NCBI GenBank assembly: GCA_944375955.1
Contig: CALWBE010000016.1
Span: 9,405-73,404 of the forward strand
Length of the DNA: 64,000 bases
Origin: an uncultured Clostridia bacterium
GTDB lineage: Bacteria; Bacillota; Clostridia; Oscillospirales; CAG-382
Reading direction: 5' to 3'
Notes under the pieces: generated by a model
Database searches by the model: none
Seen by the model: only the letters and a program-made list of their open reading frames with translations
Told to the model about the DNA's origin: nothing
Position numbers and translations under genes: made by a program
Shown here: positions 56,837-64,000 of the stretch, piece after piece
Numbering within the stretch: the stretch's first letter is position 1
Layout: every line of letters starts with the position of its first letter

Positions 56837-56989
56837 TACTTTTTTATATTTTATTTACATTTCTTTTATAAAAACTTTTTTCTTCATATTATATAATAAG
56901 TTTTATTTTTTTATACTATTATATTGATTTTATCTTTTAATAATGTTAAAATAACTCTGTAAAATAAATATAATGATAGGATGCTATAT

Positions 56990-58501
56990 ATGAAAAATAT
57001 ATCAGATACAGTAAAAGAACTTGTTATTTATGCCGCAGAAAAAGGTCTTATTGGAAAATATGACGAGATCTGGGCTAAAAATAAGTTGTTGGAAATTCTT
57101 CAGCTTGATGAAATTTCGGATGATCCAGTAACACGCCGCAGAGATCTTGAAAAAATACTTTCGGATATGTGCGACTTTGCCGCGGAAAAAGGTCTTATCG
57201 AAAGCAGCACAATAGTATACCGCGATCTGTTTGATACAAAACTTATGGGCGCTATTACTCCGACTCCGGGCTGTGTTATTGAAAAATTTTATTCACTCTA
57301 TTCGGAATCCCCTGAAAAAGCTACTGATTATTATTATGCTTTTTCGAAATCCACAAATTACATAAGAGAATACCGAGTTGAAAAAGATCTGAAATGGAAA
57401 ACTCCCAGTAAATATGGGGATATTGACATAACAATAAATCTTTCAAAGCCGGAAAAAGATCCTAAAGCGATCGCCGCCGCAAAGCTGCTGCCGCAAAGCG
57501 GATATCCAAAATGTCTTTTATGCCGCGAAAATGAAGGATATGCCGGCAGAGTAAATTCTCCCGCAAGACAAAATCACCGAATTATACCGATAAATCTCGG
57601 AGGCGATGAATGGTATCTTCAATATTCCCCTTATGTCTATTATAACGAACACTGCATTGCATTTTCAAAAGAACATGTACCTATGAAAATTGACTTTTCT
57701 ACTTTTGAGAAATTGCTTGATTTTATTGAAGTGTTTCCTCACTATTTTATAGGTTCAAATGCCGATCTCCCCATAGTCGGAGGATCTATACTTTCACATA
57801 ATCATATGCAGGGCGGAAGATATACCTTCGCTATGGAAAATGCAAAGGATGAAATAAAACTCGCATTTTACAATTATCCTGATATTAGCGCTTCCATTGT
57901 CGATTGGCCGCTCTCTGTTATCCGCATTTCCGGAGAAGACAAGAAAACTCTTTCTGTGCTGGCGGATGAAATTCTTAATAAATGGCGTGATTATTCTGAT
58001 GAAAATGCTTTTATTTTCGCAAATACTGACGGTGAACCTCACAACACTATAACCCCCATTGCAAGACGCCGAGGTAAAAAATATGAGCTGGATCTTGTTC
58101 TGCGCAACAATATAACTACAAAAGAACATCCTTTAGGCGTTTTTCATCCTCATGCAAACCTTCACAATATTAAAAAGGAAAACATCGGACTTATTGAAGT
58201 TATGGGACTTGCCGTTCTGCCCTCACGTTTAAAGGATGAAATGGCTTCTATGAAAACCGCTATCCTTAACGGCGTGGATTTTAGATCAGTTAAGGAAATA
58301 GAAAAACACGCCGATTGGTTTGATTCCTTCCGCGGTTCTTATAATTTTACTGAGGAAAATACCGAAAATATATTAAAAGCTGAAATAGGAAAAACTTTTG
58401 TTAAAGTGCTTGAGGATGCAGGGGTTTACAAATGCACCCCCGACGGTAGAAAAGCTTTTATGAGATTTGTTGAAAGCATAAAAGGTAAAAAAATAAATTG
58501 A
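56990..58501 (+). CDS. galT: UDP-glucose--hexose-1-phosphate uridylyltransferase (type 2 GalT)
   Basis: About 503 aa, the long Firmicutes GalT form. It has the CLLCRENEGY Zn site and the HNHMQGG active-site His motif. The start at 56990 has AGGA 8 nt upstream. Confidence 0.9.
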   Translation: MKNISDTVKELVIYAAEKGLIGKYDEIWAKNKLLEILQLDEISDDPVTRRRDLEKILSDMCDFAAEKGLIESSTIVYRDLFDTKLMGAITPTPGCVIEKFYSLYSESPEKATDYYYAFSKSTNYIREYRVEKDLKWKTPSKYGDIDITINLSKPEKDPKAIAAAKLLPQSGYPKCLLCRENEGYAGRVNSPARQNHRIIPINLGGDEWYLQYSPYVYYNEHCIAFSKEHVPMKIDFSTFEKLLDFIEVFPHYFIGSNADLPIVGGSILSHNHMQGGRYTFAMENAKDEIKLAFYNYPDISASIVDWPLSVIRISGEDKKTLSVLADEILNKWRDYSDENAFIFANTDGEPHNTITPIARRRGKKYELDLVLRNNITTKEHPLGVFHPHANLHNIKKENIGLIEVMGLAVLPSRLKDEMASMKTAILNGVDFRSVKEIEKHADWFDSFRGSYNFTEENTENILKAEIGKTFVKVLEDAGVYKCTPDGRKAFMRFVESIKGKKIN

Positions 58502-58526
58502 TCTGTCTTAGATCAATTTTATAAAA

Positions 58527-58554
58527 AGTTCTCCGATTTCTTGGAGAACTTTTT
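58527..58554 (+). terminator. intrinsic terminator after galT
   Basis: AGTTCTCC-loop-GGAGAACT + TTTT. Confidence 0.75.
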
Positions 58555-58595
58555 ATTTATTAATTAAGTCTGTACGGTAAAAATTTAGTTTTGTA

Positions 58596-58630
58596 TAAAA
58601 AACCGTCCGAAACAAAAACATTTCGGACGG
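58596..58630 (-). terminator. intrinsic terminator after rplA
   Basis: Minus strand: CCGTCCGAAA-loop-TTTCGGACGG + T6. Confidence 0.8.
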
Positions 58631-58679
58631 CGAAAACACTTAATTATATTTATTTTATAGCTTACAGCAAAACTCGTGA

Positions 58680-59372
58680 TCAGGCAAGCTTTGCGCTGTT
58701 AACCTTTACACCGGGACCCATTGTAGATGCAAGAGCACAGGTTTTAATGTACTGTCCTTTTGCTGCGGCAGGTTTTGCTTTTATAATTGCACCCATAAGT
58801 GCATTGAAATTGTCGGCAAGTTTTTCAGGGCCGAAAGAAGCTTTTCCTATTGCGCAGTGAATTATATTCTGCTTGTCAAGACGGTATTCTATCTTACCGG
58901 CTTTTGCTTCCTTTACAGCCTTTGCAACATCAGTAGTAACTGTTCCGGCTTTCGGGTTAGGCATAAGTCCCTTAGGTCCGAGAACTTTACCGAGACGTCC
59001 TATAACACCCATCATGTCCGGAGTTGCAATTATAACATCATAATCAAACCAGTTTTCATTCTGTATTTTTGCTACAAGATCTTCTGCTCCGACAAAATCA
59101 GAGCCGGCTTCTTCAGCAGCCTTTGCATTGTCTCCCTTTGCAAAAACAAGTGTACGTGTAGTTTTTCCCGTACCGTGAGGAAGAACGATAGCTCCTCTTA
59201 CCTGCTGATCGGCATGACGTGAGTCAACACCCAGCTTTACATGAAGTTCAACCGTTTCATCAAATTTTGCAGATGCTGTCTTGCATACAAGCTCAAGAGC
59301 TTCTTCTGCGTCATAAAGCTTTGTTCTGTCTATAAGCTTCTGGCTTTCAATATATTTCTTTCCTTTTTTCAT
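58680..59372 (-). CDS. rplA: 50S ribosomal protein L1
   Basis: [16 protein letters not shown]...[24 protein letters not shown]... Confidence 0.97.
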   Translation of the reverse strand: MKKGKKYIESQKLIDRTKLYDAEEALELVCKTASAKFDETVELHVKLGVDSRHADQQVRGAIVLPHGTGKTTRTLVFAKGDNAKAAEEAGSDFVGAEDLVAKIQNENWFDYDVIIATPDMMGVIGRLGKVLGPKGLMPNPKAGTVTTDVAKAVKEAKAGKIEYRLDKQNIIHCAIGKASFGPEKLADNFNALMGAIIKAKPAAAKGQYIKTCALASTMGPGVKVNSAKLA

Positions 59373-59388
59373 TTATACGCCCCTCCTG

Positions 59389-59814
59389 TCAGTCAGCAAC
59401 GGTAACGCCCATGCTGCGCGCCGTACCGGCGATCATGCTCATTGCCGCTTCAAGTGAAGCTGCATTAAGGTCGGGCATTTTCTGTTCTGCTATTTTCTGG
59501 ATCTGCTCCTTTGTTATGGTAGCTACCTTATTCTTATTAGGAGTACCTGAAGCTGTTTCAATTCCGCAAGCCTTCTTAATAAGAACCGCTGCAGGCGGAG
59601 TTTTTGTTATGAAGGTAAAGGATCTGTCAGCATAAATAGTGATGACAACAGGAATTATAAGTCCCATGTCACCCTTTGTCCTTTCGTTAAACTCTTTGCA
59701 GAAGCCTGCAATGTTAACGCCGTGCTGACCGAGTGCCGGTCCTACTGGAGGAGCAGGAAGAGCCTTTCCTCCGGGTATCTGCAATTTTACTAAGGCAACA
59801 ATTTTCTTTGCCAT
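59389..59814 (-). CDS. rplK: 50S ribosomal protein L11
   Basis: [35 protein letters not shown]. It starts at ATG 59814 with a GGAGGTG RBS. The ORF-track extension to 59901 is not supported. Confidence 0.97.
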   Translation of the reverse strand: MAKKIVALVKLQIPGGKALPAPPVGPALGQHGVNIAGFCKEFNERTKGDMGLIIPVVITIYADRSFTFITKTPPAAVLIKKACGIETASGTPNKNKVATITKEQIQKIAEQKMPDLNAASLEAAMSMIAGTARSMGVTVAD

Positions 59815-59956
59815 TTTTAACACCTCCGAATGTGGTAATATAATTTTTCGGGAAAGTTTTCTTTTTTTCCCTCCCACAGCGCCGCAAATCTCTTGCAGCA
59901 CCGGAAAAACGATTGTGTTTTTCTTCTTTTTCTTTGATTTTTCTATCGGGATATCA

Positions 59957-60556
59957 TCAGTCTTTTATTGCTTCGACATCCTTCGCATCCATCTCAACAA
60001 CCGACTCTTTTCCGCCGAATATGATAGATGCCTTGATTCTTCTTTTTTCTTTGTCGATTTCCTTTACGGTCACTATGGAACCTGCAAAAGGTCCTGCGAC
60101 AACATATACGCTTTCACCGACATCAAATTTTATGTCGGCTATATGCAGATCTACTCCAAGTGCCTCGACTTCTGCTTCTGTCAGCGGCACCGGCTTTGAC
60201 CCGGGTCCGACAAATCCTGTCACACCTGTTATATTGCGAACAATGTGCCAGCTTTCGTCGTTCATGATCATTTTAATAAGAACATAGCTTGGAAACAGCT
60301 TGTGAGTCTCTGTCTTCGGACCTTTCCGCGGCTTTTCGTTTCCATCGTCGTCATATTCAACTATACGCTGACCTTCTACATAGTCATCATACATATCGCC
60401 GTCACTGACTACCGTTTCAACTGGAATGCGCGTTTCAAATATTAAGTCGTGAAGTCCGCGGTTTTCGACAATCTTTTCAATATTGGCAGCCACCTTATTC
60501 TCATAGCCAGAATAAGTATGGAGCACAAACCATTCCGCTTTTGCTTCGTTTGACAT
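59957..60556 (-). CDS. nusG: transcription termination/antitermination factor NusG (with a ~20-aa acidic insertion in the NGN domain)
   Basis: [23 protein letters not shown] and [14 protein letters not shown], plus a KOW domain ([13 protein letters not shown]). Confidence 0.95.
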   Translation of the reverse strand: MSNEAKAEWFVLHTYSGYENKVAANIEKIVENRGLHDLIFETRIPVETVVSDGDMYDDYVEGQRIVEYDDDGNEKPRKGPKTETHKLFPSYVLIKMIMNDESWHIVRNITGVTGFVGPGSKPVPLTEAEVEALGVDLHIADIKFDVGESVYVVAGPFAGSIVTVKEIDKEKRRIKASIIFGGKESVVEMDAKDVEAIKD

Positions 60557-60604
60557 AAATGGTCTCCTTTACAGGATTTTTAAAGTATAGCGAAACTGCC
60601 GCAA

Positions 60605-60823
60605 TCAGAAAATCTGCGCGAGCCACCCGTTGAAACTTGTAAATAACAGGTCTACGACAAATATGCACACGCTGATTACTACAATAGCCGCTATGACCAT
60701 AATTGTTCTTTTTGTAGTTTCTTTTCTGTTAGGCCATGAAATTTTCTTAAATTCGCTTTTGTAATCTCTGAAAAATTTCTTGATTCTTTCTTTGAAAGAT
60801 ATCTTCTCTTTCTCTTCTGCCAT
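60605..60823 (-). CDS. secE: preprotein translocase subunit SecE
   Basis: 72 aa. FFRDYKSEFKKISWPNRKET plus a single TM segment. Conserved position between rpmG and nusG. Confidence 0.9.
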   Translation of the reverse strand: MAEEKEKISFKERIKKFFRDYKSEFKKISWPNRKETTKRTIMVIAAIVVISVCIFVVDLLFTSFNGWLAQIF

Positions 60824-60864
60824 GTTTTTTTACCTCCATTTGAATAGTTTAGCAAACACGTTGC

Positions 60865-61014
60865 TTACTTTGTTTCCTTGTGAAGGGTATGCTTGCGGCA
60901 GAAACGACAGTACTTATTCAGTTCAAGACGATCCGGATTATTCTTTTTGTTTTTGGTACTGTCATAATTTCTTTGTTTGCATTCGCTGCAAACGAGCGTG
61001 ATCTTTACTCTCAT
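60865..61014 (-). CDS. rpmG: 50S ribosomal protein L33 (49 aa, below the ORF-track cutoff)
   Basis: Manual translation of the minus strand gives [60 protein letters not shown] lies upstream. It has the 4-Cys Zn-ribbon form. Confidence 0.9.
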   Translation of the reverse strand: MRVKITLVCSECKQRNYDSTKNKKNNPDRLELNKYCRFCRKHTLHKETK

Positions 61015-61178
61015 TTTAAGCACCTCCCGGTAAATTATAAGTGTTTTTCTTTACCTCCCTCGTTTGAAAAGCACTTTTCTTCCTATTTATAGTAGTAATC
61101 ACTATCTGTAAATATTATGGCTTCATATCACTTAAAAATAGGCATAACAAAAAAAGCACCTTCAGAAGAGGTGATAAG

Positions 61179-61207
61179 ATTATACCATGCTTTTATATAT
61201 TTGTCAA
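61179..61207 (-). promoter_or_regulatory. consensus sigma-A promoter facing rpmG-secE-nusG
   Basis: Minus strand: TTGACA (61202-61207), 17 nt, TATAAT (61179-61184). Confidence 0.55.
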
Positions 61208-61245
61208 CAATATTTTAAAAATTATCCTTTTTTTCATAAAATCTA

Positions 61246-61275
61246 TTGACAAGAGCAAACTATTTATGATAAAAT
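61246..61275 (+). promoter_or_regulatory. sigma-A promoter of the rplU-prp-rpmA operon
   Basis: TTGACA (61246-61251), 18 nt with a TGA extended -10, TAAAAT (61270-61275). It is followed by a ~105-nt leader that could be an L21-type ribosomal leader. Confidence 0.55.
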
Positions 61276-61386
61276 AAATAGCCGCTTGAAAAAGGTTTGG
61301 GCTCTTTGCTCATGAATTTGGCTCTATTTATATGTGTGCTAAAACCTTGTTTCAGCGAGACTTATATTGAAAGTGAGGTGCTTTTC

Positions 61387-61698
61387 GTGTTCGCAATTTT
61401 TGTTACAGGCGGAAAGCAGTACAAAGTTCAGGAGGGCGATGTCATTTTCGTCGAAAAACTCGATGTTAATGACGGTGATACTGTTACGTTTGACACAGTT
61501 CTCGCTGCCGATTCAGATTCTGGTTTCTCAGCCGGTACTCCTTATATTGCCGGCGCGTCAATCGAAGCTTCCGTAATCAAAAACGGCAAAGGCAAAAAGA
61601 TTCATATTCTTAAATATAAATCTAAGAAAAACGAAAAGAAAAAAATCGGTCACAGACAGCCTTATACTAAGCTTCAGATACGCAAAATTTCTATCTGA
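61387..61698 (+). CDS. rplU: 50S ribosomal protein L21
   Basis: GTG start 61387 (GAGGTG 6 nt upstream) gives (M)[24 protein letters not shown]...[13 protein letters not shown]. The ORF-track extension from 61297 is not supported. Confidence 0.92.
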   Translation: MFAIFVTGGKQYKVQEGDVIFVEKLDVNDGDTVTFDTVLAADSDSGFSAGTPYIAGASIEASVIKNGKGKKIHILKYKSKKNEKKKIGHRQPYTKLQIRKISI

Positions 61699-61714
61699 CT
61701 TTATAGCTTTTGCT

Positions 61715-62056
61715 ATGACAAACATTGTTTTTTTCAGGGATTCTTCCCAGCGTTTTTCCGGCTTTTCCGTAAAAGGTCATTCTGGATACGCTGCCGAAGG
61801 CTGTGATATCGTCTGCGCTGCTGTTTCTTCATGCTGTGAGCTTATACTCAATCAGCTGTGCGACAGCTTCGGTTTTGACATATCTGCGGAAATAGATCCC
61901 GCTATTGCCGCCGTCGGGTGCGATTCCCGAAATGCGGCTGTCTCAGAAGAATCGCGCGTTATAATTTCCCGAATTATCGACGGTTTTTACCGTACCGCCG
62001 CAGATCTTGAAAAACAATATCCGCGATTTATAAAATGCAGTATAACGGAGGTGTAA
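61715..62056 (+). CDS. ribosomal-processing cysteine protease Prp (YsxB family)
   Basis: [24 protein letters not shown] carries the His/Cys dyad. It lies between rplU and rpmA. Confidence 0.85.
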   Translation: MTNIVFFRDSSQRFSGFSVKGHSGYAAEGCDIVCAAVSSCCELILNQLCDSFGFDISAEIDPAIAAVGCDSRNAAVSEESRVIISRIIDGFYRTAADLEKQYPRFIKCSITEV

Positions 62057-62058
62057 CT

Positions 62059-62334
62059 ATGAGATTAGGTTTGCAATTTTTTGCTCATAAAAAAGGTGTT
62101 GGTTCAACAAAAAACGGCAGAGATTCCGAATCAAAGCGTCTCGGTGTTAAAAAGGCCGACGGTCAGTCAGTAATCGCCGGAAATATTATCGTGAGACAGA
62201 GAGGAACTAAAATCCACGCCGGAAAAGGTGTCGGCATCGGCACAGACTACACCATTTATGCTCTCATCCCCGGTAAAGTTAAATTTGAACATATGGCCGG
62301 CGGAAAAAAACGCGTAAGTGTTTATGAAGCGTAA
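62059..62334 (+). CDS. rpmA: 50S ribosomal protein L27 with an N-terminal propeptide
   Basis: [31 protein letters not shown]... The GGAGGTG RBS lies before ATG 62059. The propeptide is of the kind removed by Prp. Confidence 0.95.
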   Translation: MRLGLQFFAHKKGVGSTKNGRDSESKRLGVKKADGQSVIAGNIIVRQRGTKIHAGKGVGIGTDYTIYALIPGKVKFEHMAGGKKRVSVYEA

Positions 62335-62353
62335 TTACTTTTTATGATGATCT

Positions 62354-62380
62354 GGCTGTCCGTACAGGACAGCCATTTTG
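62354..62380 (+). terminator. hairpin + T-rich tract between rpmA and obg (terminator/attenuator)
   Basis: GGCTGTCC-GTACA-GGACAGCC followed by ATTTTGTTCTTTTT. Confidence 0.6.
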
Positions 62381-62438
62381 TTCTTTTTATCAGGCTTTTA
62401 ATATTCATCCTTCGAAATTTGCCGAAAGGAATAAATAT

Positions 62439-63722
62439 ATGATTTTTGACAGAGTTACAATTTATGTAAAGGCCGGCAACGGCGGAAACGGGTGCGTTTC
62501 TTTCCGCAGAGAAAAATATGTTTCGCACGGCGGTCCGGACGGCGGTGACGGCGGCCGCGGCGGTGATATAATTTTTAGAGTCGATGAAGGTAAAAATACT
62601 CTCCTCGATTTTAAATACCGCCGTAAATTTATCGCTTCAAACGGAGAAGACGGTAAAAATTCAAGATTCCACGGCAAAAATGCCGAAAACCTTATTATAC
62701 CTCTTCCCCCTGGAACACTTATCAAAGATCCAAAAACCGGCAAAATTATTAAAGATATGTCTGACAGCGATGTTGCGTCTTCAGGTTCCTTTACGCTTCT
62801 CAAGGGCGGGAAAGGCGGCTTTGGCAACACTCATTTCGCCACCCCCACAAGGCAGACTCCGAATTTTGCCAAAGCCGGCATAAAAGGTCAGGAAATGGAA
62901 ATAGCCTTAGAGCTTAAAATGCTGGCGGATGTCGGTCTCGTCGGTATGCCAAGTGCCGGGAAATCTACAATACTATCTGTTCTAAGCTCTGCAAAGCCCA
63001 AAATTGCCGACTATCATTTTACTACCCTGTCCCCTATACTTGGCGTTGTTGAAGCAAAAGCCGGTGGATATGTGCTTGCTGACATTCCCGGTCTTATCGA
63101 AGGCGCTCATGAAGGACTTGGGCTCGGGCATGAGTTTTTAAGACATATCGACCGCTGCAGAATACTTGTAAATGTAGTTGACGCTTCCGGTTCTGAAGGC
63201 AGAGATCCTCTTGATGACATAGCCACTATAAACAACGAACTTTTTCAGTACAATCCTGAACTTTTAAAAAGGCCGATGATTATTGCAGCTAACAAAATAG
63301 ATATGATGTCTGATGAAAATAAAAAACGGCTGCAGAAATACGCAGACGAAAAGAATCTTGAAATTTTCTTTATGTGCGCCGGAATAGGCGAAGGCGTACG
63401 AGAGCTATCTGAAGCAATAGCGGCTCGCCTGAAAACGCTCCCGCCTCTTAAAGTCTTTGAGCCTGAACTTGACATAAGCGATATCAAAGATGAATTGCAG
63501 GATGACGAAATAACAATCACCGTCAGTAACGGTGTATTTGATGTAAAAGCTGAGCGTCTTGTGAACGTTGTAAACTCAATAAACTTCAGCGACCGTGAAT
63601 CTACCGCATATTTTCAAAAAGTTCTGCGACGCGCCGGTATTTTTGACGCTCTTGAAAAAAAAGGTATAAAAGAAGGCGATACCGTGAATATTTACGGCGC
63701 GGAATTTGAATATTATAAGTAA
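62439..63722 (+). CDS. obg: GTPase Obg/CgtA
   Basis: It has the Obg fold (VKAGNGGNGCVSFRREKY, Gly-rich), the G domain (GMPSAGKST, DIPGLIEGA, NKID) and a C-terminal TGS-like domain. Confidence 0.95.
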   Translation: MIFDRVTIYVKAGNGGNGCVSFRREKYVSHGGPDGGDGGRGGDIIFRVDEGKNTLLDFKYRRKFIASNGEDGKNSRFHGKNAENLIIPLPPGTLIKDPKTGKIIKDMSDSDVASSGSFTLLKGGKGGFGNTHFATPTRQTPNFAKAGIKGQEMEIALELKMLADVGLVGMPSAGKSTILSVLSSAKPKIADYHFTTLSPILGVVEAKAGGYVLADIPGLIEGAHEGLGLGHEFLRHIDRCRILVNVVDASGSEGRDPLDDIATINNELFQYNPELLKRPMIIAANKIDMMSDENKKRLQKYADEKNLEIFFMCAGIGEGVRELSEAIAARLKTLPPLKVFEPELDISDIKDELQDDEITITVSNGVFDVKAERLVNVVNSINFSDRESTAYFQKVLRRAGIFDALEKKGIKEGDTVNIYGAEFEYYK

Positions 63723-63820
63723 AATCTCACTATTTTTATGATAAAAGGCAATTTTTGCTCATTCTACTGTTTAAAAAAGCAATTATAAAGTTAATAAATT
63801 GTAAATTATTTCATTTTTTC

Positions 63821-63849
63821 TTTACAAGTTATCAGTACTTTGATATAAT
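63821..63849 (+). promoter_or_regulatory. sigma-A promoter for the gene starting at 63989
   Basis: TTTACA (63821-63826), 17 nt, TATAAT (63844-63849). Confidence 0.5.
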
Positions 63850-63988
63850 TATGCGGTAAATGTTTTTTTACATTTGCAAATAAAATTAATACACACATAC
63901 GCACGGTCGAGGCAGGGTGTCGCTGTATTGCGATTTTGCCGCTGACAAACCGCGTATGGAGGGTAAAACCCAAGGAGGAAAAACAATC

Positions 63989-64000
63989 ATGTCAGTAGTA
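63989..64000 (+). CDS. start of an unidentified CDS (MSVV...), truncated by the window end
   Basis: ATG lies 9 nt after AAGGAGG. Only 4 codons are visible. Confidence 0.4.

Noticed and set aside
1-64000. Looked for CRISPR arrays, tRNA/rRNA/tmRNA genes, transposase/IS ends, toxin-antitoxin pairs, restriction-modification or other defence cassettes, and phage structural modules
   Set aside because: None was seen. All intergenic regions longer than 150 nt are accounted for by promoters, leaders, T-boxes or terminators, or are plain AT-rich spacers. The only mobility-related gene is the serine recombinase at 2678-3586. This was by-eye inspection only, so a tRNAscan/Infernal/CRISPR-finder run would be needed for certainty.

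Overview
Low-GC Firmicutes (Clostridia-type) chromosomal window. The gene content resembles Ruminococcus/Oscillospiraceae, but the taxon cannot be proven from sequence alone. It holds about 60 densely packed genes. I saw no rRNA, tRNA, CRISPR array, phage structural genes or recognisable defence system. Main observation: the sporulation gene dpaA (spoVFA) enters the window in progress and loses homology at nt 416-439. Its missing 3' end, fused by an ATGA overlap to dpaB, resumes on the same strand at 18958. The 18.5 kb in between carries a serine recombinase gene and is bounded by a 24-bp imperfect, codon-aligned direct repeat with internal dyad symmetry. Removing exactly 18,542 bp restores one continuous dpaA frame. 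This is the architecture of a skin-like, mother-cell-excised intervening element. The cargo is metabolic and housekeeping rather than phage-like, and the recombinase looks C-terminally truncated. The cargo comprises a Tyr-T-box SSF transporter, ProX, a Rex-boxed adhE, an APH-like kinase / 2x[2Fe-2S] / sensory [FeFe]-hydrogenase HydS / PP2C / group-B [FeFe]-hydrogenase cluster, an FAD oxidoreductase, a duplicated-domain lipoprotein, T-box serS and a LysR regulator. The rest of the window, left to right: an FG-GAP + 2x Gfo/Idh/MocA + AraC locus; a nitrogen block (Asn-T-box asnB, amtB-PII fusion, type III glutamine synthetase); Crp/Fnr plus an ABC transporter; the glycogen operon glgBCDAP + GH13; pfkA; a long minus-strand gene string (split archaeal-type glutamate synthase, glnA, ANTAR regulator, pyrG, purF, purC); galT; and translation genes (rplA-rplK-nusG-secE-rpmG, and divergently rplU-prp-rpmA-obg). 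CDS coordinates include the stop codon, as in the ORF track.
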